Below are positions 52,346-64,000 of a stretch of 64,000 nt of DNA, piece after piece (the first letter of the stretch is position 1; the number at the start of each line of letters is the position of its first letter). Below the pieces are notes generated by a model. That model was not told the DNA's origin, did not search any database, and was given only the letters and a program-made list of their open reading frames with translations. The stretch lies in the NCBI GenBank assembly GCA_000182565.2, contig KQ257450.1. One strand, given 5' to 3'. Position numbers and translations under genes: made by a program. Source of the DNA: Spizellomyces punctatus DAOM BR117. Its lineage: Eukaryota.

Positions 52346-54289
52346 ATGAAAGTGACGACAATGCAGTTTGTGGAAGTGTTACCGTGTGTCTGTGTTGGGA
52401 TGGGGTTTGTCGCTGTTGAAAAGGCCGCAAGGTTTTTTTTGGCGGAGGATAAGGTTAATGAGATTTTCGGGCCTTTTATGCCACTGTTGGAGGAAGTGAG
52501 CGCTGTTGTTCAAGAGGAGGCAGAGCAAGAGGGAGATGGGCAGCAAGTGGATACACCTGTTGTTGTTGAACCGGTGTCGAGTCCTGTGGAGACGTGGATA
52601 CAGCGGGTCAAGAATGCAGCGATCGGTGTACGGACAGAGTTGCAACAGACCGCGACGGGGATCGTCCATTTCTTTGTGTGGAGACCTTATTTATTTGTCA
52701 GGAACAAGTACTTTGAGAGTATTACCTGGGCCCGGCTGATCAAGGATCGGCATAGACTTCGTGCAGGTGAGACAACAAGTCAGATCCGTTGGGCCTCCCA
52801 AAAAACATTATCGTTTAAACATTTTTTTCTTTATAGAAAATACCCGACTTCGCCGCACCATTCGCCAACTCAACCTCCGTCTCAACCTCTCTAGACGCCG
52901 CCAAAGAGCCGCACACGAAGCCTGGACTCTCCTCCGCGACGACCTCAAAAACGAGCACAGAACCCGCGTCCTCGCAGCCCAATGTCACGCTGACTATGTC
53001 CAAGTCATTACACGCGAATACGCAGCCGAACTCGACCGAATGGAAACGGATAATGTCAACCTCCAACAAGAGATTGCTCGATTGAGGGGACAGTCTACCC
53101 CCGAGTTTCTCGATTTGTATGTGCAAGTGGATACGGTCGTTCAAAACCGGGTGTACGAAAACATTGAGGCTGAATTGGATGCGGTGGTTGAGAAGCGGGC
53201 GGCGTTGGCGGAGATGGATGAAGTTATTCACTTGAAATTGGAGGAAGCGTTACAGGAAACTAGTATGAGCGAAGAGGATGACGATGATGGACACACAGAG
53301 TCATTAGAAGAACTCGCGGGTAGGTTTTAAATGGTTTCGCGTGCATTTGCGAGAATACGCTATTTACACCCTGCTTGTAGATTTTAAAACAACGGCTACT
53401 AGCCGGCTTACTCAACTTTTAGTCTCAGACGCAACCGCCTCAGCCATGGTCCTCCAACTCGAAGATGCCGCCATGAAATGCACGCGCGATGTATCCTCCC
53501 GTGAATCCCTCTCACTCATTATCGGCATCGTGCTGGCTCACATGGAGGAGTTGGGGTTGTATGAGGATTGGAGTCGAGTGGATGCGGTATGTTATGACCA
53601 GTGACTGATCTGTTGATTGCCGTACTGACGGGTGTGTATGGTAGGCTTTTGGCAAGTACCAAAAGCTGCTGTGCTACTATATTGACAGTGATGCCGATCA
53701 AGTGGCATTTCTCGAGGGCGTCGAGGTAAGACGTTTTTTTTTTCTTTGTGTATACATTACCGACTTTTTTTGACATACTTTCAACTAGACCTTTTGCACC
53801 CCACCCCCCAAACCCGCCCTATTCCCCCGCCTCCTCCGCGTCATTTACAAATACGAATTAGTGGAACCCACCGCCGTTGTAGAATGGTACCGCCTCCCCA
53901 GTTCGTCACCAACCCACAACATGATACGGGCGTCTTGTGCCCAGTTTGTCGAGTGGCTACAAACCAAGGAGCGGGAAGAGGATGAGGAGGAGGATGAGGC
54001 TGTTGAGGCGGATCCGGCTCTGTCGGTGGAGAGGTTGTGTCAAGGGGATGAAGAAGTCGGAGTCATATTGGCGGACTGTATGGAGGAAGATGGGGAGGAT
54101 GAGGAGGAAGAGGTATACCCAGAGATTGAGTTTAGATTTGAGGATGAGGAGCGGGAGGGTGCGGGGGTCAAGAGTCCGAGGCGGGGGTCACTGGTGAGAC
54201 GTGTCCCAGGGGAAGCTGTCACCACGGTCAAGAAACGGGTGTGCTTTAGTAATGAGGTACACACCCTGTTGATTGATGATCCCATGTAG
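52346..54289 (+). CDS. Coiled-coil protein with eIF2B-epsilon-like HEAT/W2 domain and C-terminal RVxF motif
   Basis: Four introns. ...LFPRLLRVIYKYELVEPTAVVEWY...CAQFVEWLQTKEREEDEEEDE (W2 aromatic/acidic boxes), ends KKRVCFSNEVHTLLIDDPM. Start codon tentative. Confidence 0.8.
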
Positions 54290-54435
54290 GGGATGAGGGG
54301 GAGACAGTGTTTCTTTTGTGTATATATTTTTTTGTTCAAGTAAATCTCTATAGAGTTATTATTCACAAACTTGTTGGCATTGTGTCTTTGCATGGGTACC
54401 AGTGTCCACAGCAGATCCATAAAAGAGGCAACCTC

Positions 54436-55934
54436 TCATATACCCAATCCCCACGACAACAACCCCGCCAGACATCCCAGAACCATGACGATCACTGTTC
54501 TCATTCCAGCATCAACAAGCACATAAGCCACACCGGCTACCACAGCATAAAACGGAAAATCCCCCAAAGGTCTCACGACAGCTCCTCTCACGACCCCCTT
54601 TTGCCACAACAGGTACGCAGCCGCATAAACGAGTCCCACCGCCGCGGCATTCATACCCGGCAACACATGCACAAGGACCTTACTCTTTCGTACCCGAGCC
54701 CAAAGCGGCATTGCAGCAGCATTGAGCGCCAACCCAGGAGTAAAAATGCCAATATACCCCAACAATGCTCCACCAATTCCCGCGGCGGTACCATAGGGCG
54801 CAAGAGCCAACGCACCACAATAAGCCGCAAAATTAAAGTTTGGACCAGGAAGGGCCTGGATGAGGGCTACACCCAACAAAAAATCGCGTTCGGATAGCCA
54901 GCCTGGTACGACCACGTAGGAATACAATAGGGGAATAACGACAGGGCCTCCACCGAATATAACGCAGCCTGCTACAAAGAATTGGGTGAGGACGGCCAGG
55001 GGGCGGATGGATGCCACGTGGGGTTTGAGGACCATGCAAACGATTAGGAGGATGAGCCAGACGATCATGATCGCTACACCGGTTTTCCAGGATATAGGAT
55101 TATGTGCTGGATATTCCTCTCGTACTTCCACCTCGACATGTGCCGCTTCGAGCGGTGTAGGTTCTTGTGTACGATCCCGTTTTGCCCGTCTCGCGTCCCA
55201 TCTTGCATGGCATTTGACAAGTACAAATGTCAGGATCCCTCCAACGGCAATCACAACAGGTTCCAACCACGATGCCGACCACAGGACAGCCGCACACGCC
55301 GCCAGCGTACATACAGCCAATGTATCCTTATTGACGACAATTTTGCGTGCGAGGGATGTGCCGGCTTGAGCGACGAGACCTACCACTGCAGCGCTGATAC
55401 CGTTTTGGAGGTGGATTAGCCAGTCGGGGAGTGGGGAGGGGAGGTGAGAGACGCCGAGACCGAGTGCGGTCATGATGATCAACCCTGGTATACTAATAAA
55501 CTATAAACAAAAACGACTCTGACAAACCAAATAAAAAAAACGCACCTCCAACAAACAAATCCAACAAGCCCAGCCCATATCCCACCCCGATGAATCGCAA
55601 TCGAAAACAACATTTCCGTACTCCCGGGTCCAGGTAACGCCTGACTCACTGCAAAATACTCTCCAAAAAGCGTATCGTCCAACCATTTCTTGCGTACGAC
55701 AAATGTGTTGTGGAGGAGGGCAATGTGGGCTGGGGGACCGCCGAATGCAATGACCGAGAGAGGAAGGAAGGAGCGGGCGGATTCATATAGACGGTTTGAA
55801 GGGCGGGGTGTTGGGGGATCTTGCTCGGTGGTTGTGTAGAGCTTTTCGGAACTGGATTGGGCGGACACGTCTATGGTGCTTTCGGTGGGGTGGACAATGA
55901 CGGTGGGTTCCTCGGCGTGCCTGTGTGCGTGCAT
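54436..55934 (-). CDS. Chromate transporter (CHR/ChrA family, bidomain)
   Basis: AFGGPPAHIALL, QALPGPGSTEM, IFGGGPVVIPLL, FLLGVALIQALPGPNFNFAAY, GMNAAAVGLV; one intron about 55488-55546. Confidence 0.93.
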
Positions 55935-56278
55935 GACGGGCGATCCTTGTCTGGCGAGGAGTGCATCCCCATCCCGTTCGCTTTTTTTAAACCTTAAAAT
56001 CTTGATAACATAAGTGGGAGATGCACGTGCTAAAATCGCGCCATTTGACAGGCCGTGGCTTAGCTTGGTGATCGTTTCGCGTTTTCGCGACGACGACGAA
56101 CGAACGAACGAACGACAAAGGATAACCAAGTCGAGATGGATCTTTTTCCAATACGAGAAATATCGTTCATATACATATTAAAGCTAATAGCTGAAAAACT
56201 CCAAAATAATATACATAGATGTAGTATCATCATACAAGCAAAAGGAAATACAAATGAGGAATATAATCAAATCATCCA

Positions 56279-57610
56279 TTAAGGGCGACCTTCCAATCTC
56301 GACAACCTCATTCTTGCCTCCCGATTGCCTTGATCTGCAGCTCTCTTGTACCACAATGTGGCCTCCTTTGTCGGATCCATACATTTGACACATTGCCCCT
56401 CTTCTACAAACCTGCCGACTAAACATTGGGCGCTTGCCAGGCCCTTTTCGGCAGCTTTGCGGGCCAGTAGGTAGGCTTCGGCGGGGTCAGGTGACAAGAT
56501 GACAGTCGTAGGCGTGGACATGCCTGTCAGGTACATTTTCGAGAGGGAGAGCATGGCGGGTGGAAAGGAGGCTTTTGCGGCTAATGAGCAATAGTGGACG
56601 GCGAGAGCCGGGTTGGGAGTCGTAATGCCGAGTGAAGGCGTTGGGGAGAGGTAGGCTGTTGCCAAGAGGTGCTGGGAGGGTGCGTGTTTGAGGTCAGCGG
56701 CGTCCAGGAGGAGGTTGAGGGCGGAGGTTGGGTCTTGAGCGACGAGGGTCGAGAGACCGTCGCGGTATATGAGAGCCAGATCGTGCAGGGCTTCCGGATG
56801 GACTTTTGTTGCCGTTGCGGCAGAGAGGCGGAGGTATTCAATGCCCTTGACGAGGTCTTTGCGGGAACCAGAGCCGAGAAGGCGTTTTGCGAGAGCATAG
56901 AGTGCACCTGGATGGTTGTGCTTAGCTGCCATGTTCAAGAGACGAATGCTCTCTGTCATGTCGCCTCCCCATGGCACGCGACGGTTTTGAATCATCATTG
57001 CGGCGCGGTAAGCAGCGTCCGGGATGTCTGCTTTGGCAGCCGACATGTAGAGACGAAAGGCACCTTCATTGTCGCGCTGCTGGAGGATGGGTTTGGACGG
57101 GTCTTGACAAGGTGGGCCCGACAAGAGAATGTTGGCGCGAACGAGTTGAGCAGGAGGATAGGCCGAGGGACCGGACGCAAGGTCCTTTATGATGGCGAGT
57201 GCATCTTGGACGTAGGCGTACTGATCAAATTCGAGACGAGTTGCGTGGTCGAGAATGTATTTAGCATAGGCAAAAGCGGGAGCGTGATCCAACGGATTTG
57301 CAGCGTCCGCAGCGCGCTTGAGAGCCTGAAGGCGACGGACAATGTAGAGGGCTTGACGGGAGGAGCGGGAGCGAACTGCAAAGTCTGCCAAGACCTCTTC
57401 TGTCGATGCCGTCGATCCACTCGAAGAGATTGATGAAGTTGAGGACAAGGAGTTACTTGTGCTGGTGCGTGCAAGGACTTTATTATTTGCAAGAGACGGG
57501 CTCTTGTTTGCAACGGTCCTTCTACTGGTGTGCATAGCTCCGCGTTCTTGAAGGTTGGAGGTCCTCCGGGGACGAACGCGGGGTGATGAGCGTTGAGTGC
57601 AAATGTCCAT
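56279..57610 (-). CDS. SEL1-repeat protein, chitin synthase activator Chs4/Skt5-like
   Basis: Tandem SEL1 repeats (AFRLYMSAAK, HPGALYALA, HPEALHDLALIY, HAPSQHLLA, AMLSLSKMYLTG, EAYLLARKAAEKGLASAQ, WYKRAADQG). Confidence 0.85.
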   Translation of the reverse strand: MDICTQRSSPRVRPRRTSNLQERGAMHTSRRTVANKSPSLANNKVLARTSTSNSLSSTSSISSSGSTASTEEVLADFAVRSRSSRQALYIVRRLQALKRAADAANPLDHAPAFAYAKYILDHATRLEFDQYAYVQDALAIIKDLASGPSAYPPAQLVRANILLSGPPCQDPSKPILQQRDNEGAFRLYMSAAKADIPDAAYRAAMMIQNRRVPWGGDMTESIRLLNMAAKHNHPGALYALAKRLLGSGSRKDLVKGIEYLRLSAATATKVHPEALHDLALIYRDGLSTLVAQDPTSALNLLLDAADLKHAPSQHLLATAYLSPTPSLGITTPNPALAVHYCSLAAKASFPPAMLSLSKMYLTGMSTPTTVILSPDPAEAYLLARKAAEKGLASAQCLVGRFVEEGQCVKCMDPTKEATLWYKRAADQGNREARMRLSRLEGRP

Positions 57611-58264
57611 TGCTGTGAAACTAGGAGGCAAAAGTGGGATATAGAGCAGGATGTGTGAATAAAGTCCTCTTTATAAAGGATTTCCTGTAATCGACTGTCA
57701 AATCGAGTAGTCAGGTTATGATTAAAGACCAAGGATAAGATTAGCACGGGCCAGAAAGGAGTCAACTTGGAAAGCAGGAGGAGAAGAAGGAGGTAAGTGA
57801 TGATGATAAGTATGAAAAAGTGGGATGAATCCATGGAAAGGGTCAGTCATTCGGAACAAGAAGAAGAAGCGGAGAAAATCACAAAGAGAGCGATCACGCA
57901 ACGAATCAAAGAAGAAATTCTCTTGAAATGATGATAACAAACTGCCGACAAGTTTTGGAAAGCCAAGAAAAACGCAACCAACGCAACACACGCAGAGTTC
58001 ATGTCAACGAGAGCAGATGCACACACGCAAACGGAAAAAGTCACAGCCAAGAACAAGAAAAAAAAAAAAAAGAAATTGTCTTTTTGAAAAAGGGCGCGGC
58101 AGCTTGGAGCATTTTCATAATCAAGTTGTCTTTAGAAAGAAGAAGCAAAAACGTGCCATTTGGAAACCAAGGGCGATTCCTAGCTGGAGATTGCTCTCCG
58201 TTTGATATCAGCGTTCCAATTGCATGCATATCCTCCATCATCTATTCGCTCGAGTGTGTGTACA

Positions 58265-58296
58265 GTTGCATGTTGCATGTTGCATGTTGCATGTTG
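58265..58296. repeat. (GTTGCAT)n short tandem repeat
   Basis: About 4.5 copies of a 7-bp unit. Confidence 0.9.
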
Positions 58297-58443
58297 CCTC
58301 ATTTTGGGTTATCATTGGATGATGGTCTCCTTTCTATCCCCGCCATCTTCAAAGCCCTTGTTCACAACTCCTCTCCTTTCTTCTCCTTTCAACTGGGCCT
58401 TTGGCTCTTGTTCATTCTTCACACTCTTGTCTTCATCTTACAT

Positions 58444-58457
58444 GTTGCCATAGAAAC
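58444..58457. promoter_or_regulatory. RFX X-box
   Basis: GTTGCCATAGAAAC in the divergent intergenic region. Confidence 0.5.
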
Positions 58458-58952
58458 ATTATATTGCTTTTTATCTCCTTGCCACGTGTCATTTCTCCTT
58501 CCACGTGCATTTCCATTAAATTCATTTATTTTCATATGCATTCGTGTCACATATGTGTCACGTTCATTTTAAAATGCAAATTTTATGCGAAATGGGCAGC
58601 ACCTGGGCTTTTGCTTATGTTGCATTCTCAAATTCTCACCCACGGATCCATTCTTTCACATGAAAAGGTCCGCGCATTCGGTGACACACCGATATTGACC
58701 CCACGAATACATTCTCCGGTTCCGAGTGATACAGCCGCGCCTGCCATTCCGGCTGATTACACTATCGGATCGTCCCGGGTAGATGACGGATTCTGACGGA
58801 ACAGATCGGCATGTCCCTCGCGACAAGCATCAAGCTCATGTGTTTCCCACGTGATACAGTCATGTGTGCTCATGTGCTCACATGTGACGCGCGCGTCGTG
58901 TCCGAACAGTGTCCGACTACAGAGAACTTGTTTCCTCGTTGTCAATGCAATC

Positions 58953-59684
58953 ATGTCGTCGTCGTCGTCGGCGTCGTCGTCCTTGTCGTCAAATACCAAT
59001 GTGACCCACCCAAAGATCCAAACAGAGTCCAAACACGATATTCTCTACCTCCAATCCATCCTCACCTCCCACGCCCTCTCCTCACCCCTCCTCACTTCTC
59101 GCTCACAACAAGACCGTGACACCCTCACCGAGCGCATCCAATCCTGGATATCATCCATATTCACTATTGCAAAACCCAATATCCTCATCAACGGGATAGA
59201 GTATGACGAGGCGTTCAAGGAAATTGTCGAGTATGAACCCACGTCTGAGGAATTGGCTCAAAAGCTTGCAAATATCCATGCGCAAGTGACGGGATTGCAA
59301 GTTGCCATGGCGCACATGCGTACCAGTGTGCCCATGGCCGTGCGCGACCTTGTTGAGCGCGAATGCGCATTAGCAACCGAGTGCTCGAATGCCCAGAGTG
59401 TGAGCCTTGGGGATGTGGATAAGAGCAGTGTTGAGGAGACGAGTGGGAATCTCGACTATTCGCGACTATCGGACGTGTATAAAACGGTCGTGACGCGCCC
59501 AGCGGCATTAAACGCGACTCTGCAAGGCACATGTGATAAATTGACGAGAGCTCAAGAGATTGTTGGGCAGAAGGGACAAGAGGTGCTGGAAGACAAGGAG
59601 AATCTTGGAGGGGAGGAACTATCAAGTGTGACTCCCAGACGGGCGAGAACGGGCCTATTAACGTCCTTGGGTGTCCCTGTTTAA
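58953..59684 (+). CDS. NSL1: Kinetochore MIND/Mis12 complex subunit Nsl1/Mis14-like
   Basis: KIQTESKHDILYL...AKPNILING...EYEP...L...AHMRTSVP fits the remembered fungal Mis14 pattern. Confidence 0.72.
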   Translation: MSSSSSASSSLSSNTNVTHPKIQTESKHDILYLQSILTSHALSSPLLTSRSQQDRDTLTERIQSWISSIFTIAKPNILINGIEYDEAFKEIVEYEPTSEELAQKLANIHAQVTGLQVAMAHMRTSVPMAVRDLVERECALATECSNAQSVSLGDVDKSSVEETSGNLDYSRLSDVYKTVVTRPAALNATLQGTCDKLTRAQEIVGQKGQEVLEDKENLGGEELSSVTPRRARTGLLTSLGVPV

Positions 59685-59796
59685 AATATACTTGTTTTTA
59701 TGCATACCATTGGGTCTTGAGTATTATATGCACACACACAACACAGTCCAGTGTTTCCTATTCAGATAGCACAAACGCATCTTTACATGCCGCACA

Positions 59797-62700
59797 TCAC
59801 TGCCGTATCCTAACAGCCAAAACCTGCAATCTCCCCACAACCTCCTGCGCCTCCCCCACATCATGCACAGCCATCACATACTTTTGAATCGCGTCATCCA
59901 ACACCCGTCTTGGCACCCCCTCGGGCCCCCTCCACCGCATCCACTCATTAACAAGGTACGCTATATCTTCTAAAAGATATATCCGCGCAGCTGTGGACGT
60001 CCAGGGTACGAGCTGCGTTTCGTACATGTCGTTGAAATGCTGAAACAGTTCGGCATACGAGACTTTGATGGATGAAAAGAGGCGAATCACCCAGCCGCGT
60101 TCTGGGCCGCGTCCTTGTTCAGAGGCGGTAAAACTCTCTTCTTCCAATCGGTGAATAAGGAATTCTGTAACATAGATCAACATCGATCCCATTGATGCTG
60201 CATCACATAGTATGATTTTTTGCAACTCACGTAGAGGAAAGACGTTTTCATCAGGAAAGAACCTCGACCCAATCCCCCAAACTTTTTCTTCCAACGCTGC
60301 AAACACATTTCGATTCGATGCCATTGCGTCTTGTTTTGCTGTTACTCAACATTAGTAAATCTTTCTAAAACCATTGACAAACATAATGTCTTACTCTTTT
60401 TGATAATCTCGTTCCAAGCGGTTTGGGCATACCCCCGTGCATTTGCATCCACATCAGACACATGGAGAATATACAGTTGGATTTCGTACAATTTGCACGG
60501 TCGGACGTACTTGTTGAAAAGCTACGTTGCAAGGGCGCGCGGGTACAATGAATACAAGATTCTCAAACAAGAAAAATACAAACTCACAGTCAACCTACTT
60601 CTGAAACAGTCAACAACCGCTCATTCAACTCCCGCATCAACTCAGGCGAAAGTCCCATAGAGTCTCTCGACAAGGTATCCAAAATCTCTTTCTGGACATT
60701 GGCGACCGCATTCAGGTCCTGTATATCTTCCACCTCGCCTTTATCCATGTGGTCTCTGTACTCGCCTTGGAAGCACAGTTTGCTTTGGACGAGGGCTAGA
60801 GAGAGGAATTGCATACGAGCATCCAGATGTAATCTGTAGCATTATTAGTCAAATATCGTACATGGCATGCGAATGTCGTCATGTACGCACCCTGGAGCTT
60901 CAGCTAACCCCCGATACGTCTTGGCAGCCTCGTAAAATCGCTCATGCTTGACGTAATACTTGGCCAAGAGGGTCGCTTTAGCTAAATTCGTGTTTGCCCC
61001 GCGCGTCAGAAATTCTTCAAGGTATCTCGTCCGAATCTTGCAAATTTAAGACACATTAGTATTCATGTTCTCCAGGCAGAAAAGTAAAACAGACCCAACC
61101 TGCAACAACTGCTCCTGTCGGTTCTGACTGATAAACCACTCGTAAAGCGTCTCATGGAATAATTGATCATCATACGCAAGCGCCTGACCAATCATGCCAT
61201 TAATGACATGTAAAATATGATCTGCCAAACCCACCAACACGTCAGGATCAAAGGGCAAAACGTTTTCAAAAAACTGACAACCCACGCTACTGACCAGGAT
61301 GCGGTCCTCCATATCCAACCGGCTGCTGCAACATGCCATCCAACTTGGATATCGCATTCAAAATAATCTCATACGCCCCTCGTCGCGCAACCGTTCCACT
61401 TTCCTAAAGCATCGCAATCAACAACCACCTCATAAGTTGCACGAAAAACCACACACATACCAAACCCCGTACAACCAACTCATCCTCGTCCATACCCCCC
61501 CGATCGCCATACTCTACAGCATCCTGCGCCGCAGCCCACCGCAACACAATCTCCACAACCCCCTCATAATAAAACAGTCCCTCAAACTGCTCAGTAATCT
61601 CCTGCAGTTTGCGAAACGGCACGTCTTTAAGAATCTGTTTAAACAACCTGCACAAAAAAATCAACCAAAATTCCACACATACGGCGCGCAAAAGACATAC
61701 TCTAATGCTTCCCGCAACTTTCGTCCCTGCTGCTCGCGGTTCGGCCTCGTCTTCGCCATCTGAATACACTCTATGCCTTTATACAATATCACATCATTTT
61801 GGAAGCAAATCGATGGACAGGCTGCTTGGAGCTCGTCTGTGATGGTTTGGACCTGAACCGTTGTTAGAAAAAACGACAAGTCTGCGCGCACACAATAGAG
61901 AAAAACTCACATCCTTTTCATCACTAATATGCTTATCAATGTGCGCGGCCATGAGGGCTCGAGTAACCTCCAGACCGCTAGATGTCGTAATGAGTCCCTG
62001 GTAAGTCATGTTTTCAAGAGCTTGTCGTTGCTGAACAGGCATACTAAAACAAAATATGAATTAAATGCCATAACCATTAACGAAATCGAATACACATACT
62101 CTTTGATAAGCGTCAGATTCTGCTCAAAAACAATCAAAAGCAAGGCAATTGTTTCCCGTGTGATTTGCAAGAGTTCGTAAAGGTTATGCAGTGACTCTTG
62201 TTCCGTCTGTGTTCATATTTAGCAAAACGTCGACAGCGCATTACCATGGGGTGCCACCAACCTTCCATGCCTCGCTATCAACAGCTTCTGGACGATTCTC
62301 AGGAATAGGTGGTGCAGTAAGATTACTACGTCTAGCCACAAGAGTCATATCAGTGAACGCCAAGTAAAACAAAAATAAAGTCTCTTTAACCTACTGTCCA
62401 AGGAAATCATTCAAACTCATCAAATTCATTTGCAAAGAAACGAGAGCATGCGAATCCACATTCGACACCACGTTGCGTGACCTATTCAGCAAGTTCAGTA
62501 TCCCAATACCGTGCCATTAAAAAACATTGATGGAAACGTACACTTCAACGACAACTCTTTGTGCCCAGATGGGTTTCAATAGTCTGGAAAGATAGAGTGC
62601 CAGTCCATTGTGTCGTCCACTGTACTTTATTTCCGGAGCGGGAACCGCGTGTCCTAGTGCACCGTTTGTGTCCATGCTGTTGCCTGTACAAATATCCTTT

Positions 62701-64000
62701 TAGTCCAACAGTAGTTAGCTACCCATACCCTAGGGACACAGCAACATACTTGTTAGTGAGTCAGGACGATTTATAAAAGGCTGTCCTCCAAACTCGTCAA
62801 AAAGACGACTCGCAATGACAACAACTTGATGCTGTCCATTAGGGGCATAATCTGCATAGAAAGTTCAAAAACTAGCTCAAAATGGTCCCACAAGTCCAAT
62901 TCTGCAGCTTACCTCGAATAGCCTGATCAGCAGATCTGTGGAAACTCGGTCGTCAGCATGCTGGATCGTGCTAAACTTACGGCAAGAGGTACTTACGGAT
63001 GTCCACAAGCGATCGCAAGACACATGGCACACGCCTCTGCGGGACTATAAATATTAAAGAACTGCTGGTAATCCGCTGTACCATCTCCACCAGCCCGGTA
63101 GATCAATTCACACAATTGATCAATCGGTCGTAGTTTTGTCATGTGTCCGATACCTGCAATGATCGTTAATGTAGATCCCCGGAGAACACACGGTGAAAGT
63201 AACCGTACCTTCATTGGTAAGTAACCGAAAAGATCGCGCGGGAGACTCAAGTTGAGAGGCAAGTTCATTCAGAACCGTGCCCGTGTCGTCTTTTTTAGTA
63301 ATCCTGGACACGGGTCTTGCCGCCGGTTTTGGAATTTCAGTAATCTGCCACACCTTTCCTTGCTGATCTTCATATGATATACTATCTATCCACAACTTTG
63401 ACGGTGTCTGTCAAACCCCCAATATGTTAGGTTCTTGCATCGAGTGCCATAGTCCAACCAAAAAATACCTGAGCAATGGCCCCCGCATGCGGTTCAATAC
63501 CATATATACGATCCATATCCTGACTAACAGCATCAGCCATGATGAGAAGCCCATTGGTATACAGCCCCTCGTGAATGGCATTCTCCGACATCATGAATTT
63601 TTTGTTGGTTTCAAGAATGTGCACCAATTCCAAAGTAAATGGTTCTTTCTCTCCCTCAGAGGATCCGGTAATATCGCCAGTAGATTGTCGTCCATATACG
63701 GAAAAATACAGACGGTCGCCTGCAGGGTTCCGAAATAAACAAAGCGGTTATTGCGCGGTGCAAAAAGTTTGGGAGTAAGTTCCGCACTCGACGCACCAGA
63801 GGACGTTATGGCGACCAATTGAATCCGTCGCGACTCTGCCAATGTTACAGGGTAGAGTCCTTGAAGGATGACACCATCTTCCGAGGCAGCAGCACCGAGG
63901 GCACTAGCGACCACATCCCGAAGTACCTTGACTCGATGGAATCCTTTCCCATCACGACCGAGGTATATCATCTACATGTACAATAGCGCTTAGGAGTGTG
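59797..64000 (-). CDS. NUP170: Nucleoporin Nup155/Nup170, 3' part (5' end beyond window)
   Basis: ESRRIQLVAITSSG, NELASQL, LRPIDQL, EACAMCLAIAC, YSGRHNGLALYLSRLLKPIW, DQLFHETLYEWF, LLAKYYVKH, FFPDENVFPL. Confidence 0.93.

Noticed and set aside
56088-56115. (CGA)n(CGAA)n microsatellite
   Set aside because: Short simple repeat with no evident function.
57187-58796. Hydrophobic or Lys-rich ORFs upstream of the SEL1 gene
   Set aside because: Arise from purine/pyrimidine-biased UTR and promoter sequence.

Overview
Gene-dense, intron-rich eukaryotic DNA with short (about 55-120 nt) GT-AG introns, most consistent with a flagellated early-diverging fungus (chytrid, Spizellomycetales-like). The evidence is fungal-type genes (AcuM/RDS2, Chs4-like SEL1 protein, Nsl1/Mis14, mL59) next to the motile-cilium gene ZMYND10, RFX X-boxes and an opsin-like class A GPCR. 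I can support about 31 protein-coding genes, one tRNA-Arg(CCG), and a ~3.5 kb coding minisatellite with an assembly gap inside a secreted Ala/Lys-rich protein. The best candidate for a new system is the gene at 52.3-54.3 kb. It joins an eIF2B-epsilon-like HEAT/W2 domain, whose catalytic Glu appears replaced by Gln, to a C-terminal PP1-docking RVxF motif, has a short uORF just before its likely start, and lies 1.4 kb from eIF2-alpha. This could be a fungal functional analogue of GADD34/CReP. Gene models were spliced by eye and family calls rest on remembered motifs, not database searches.
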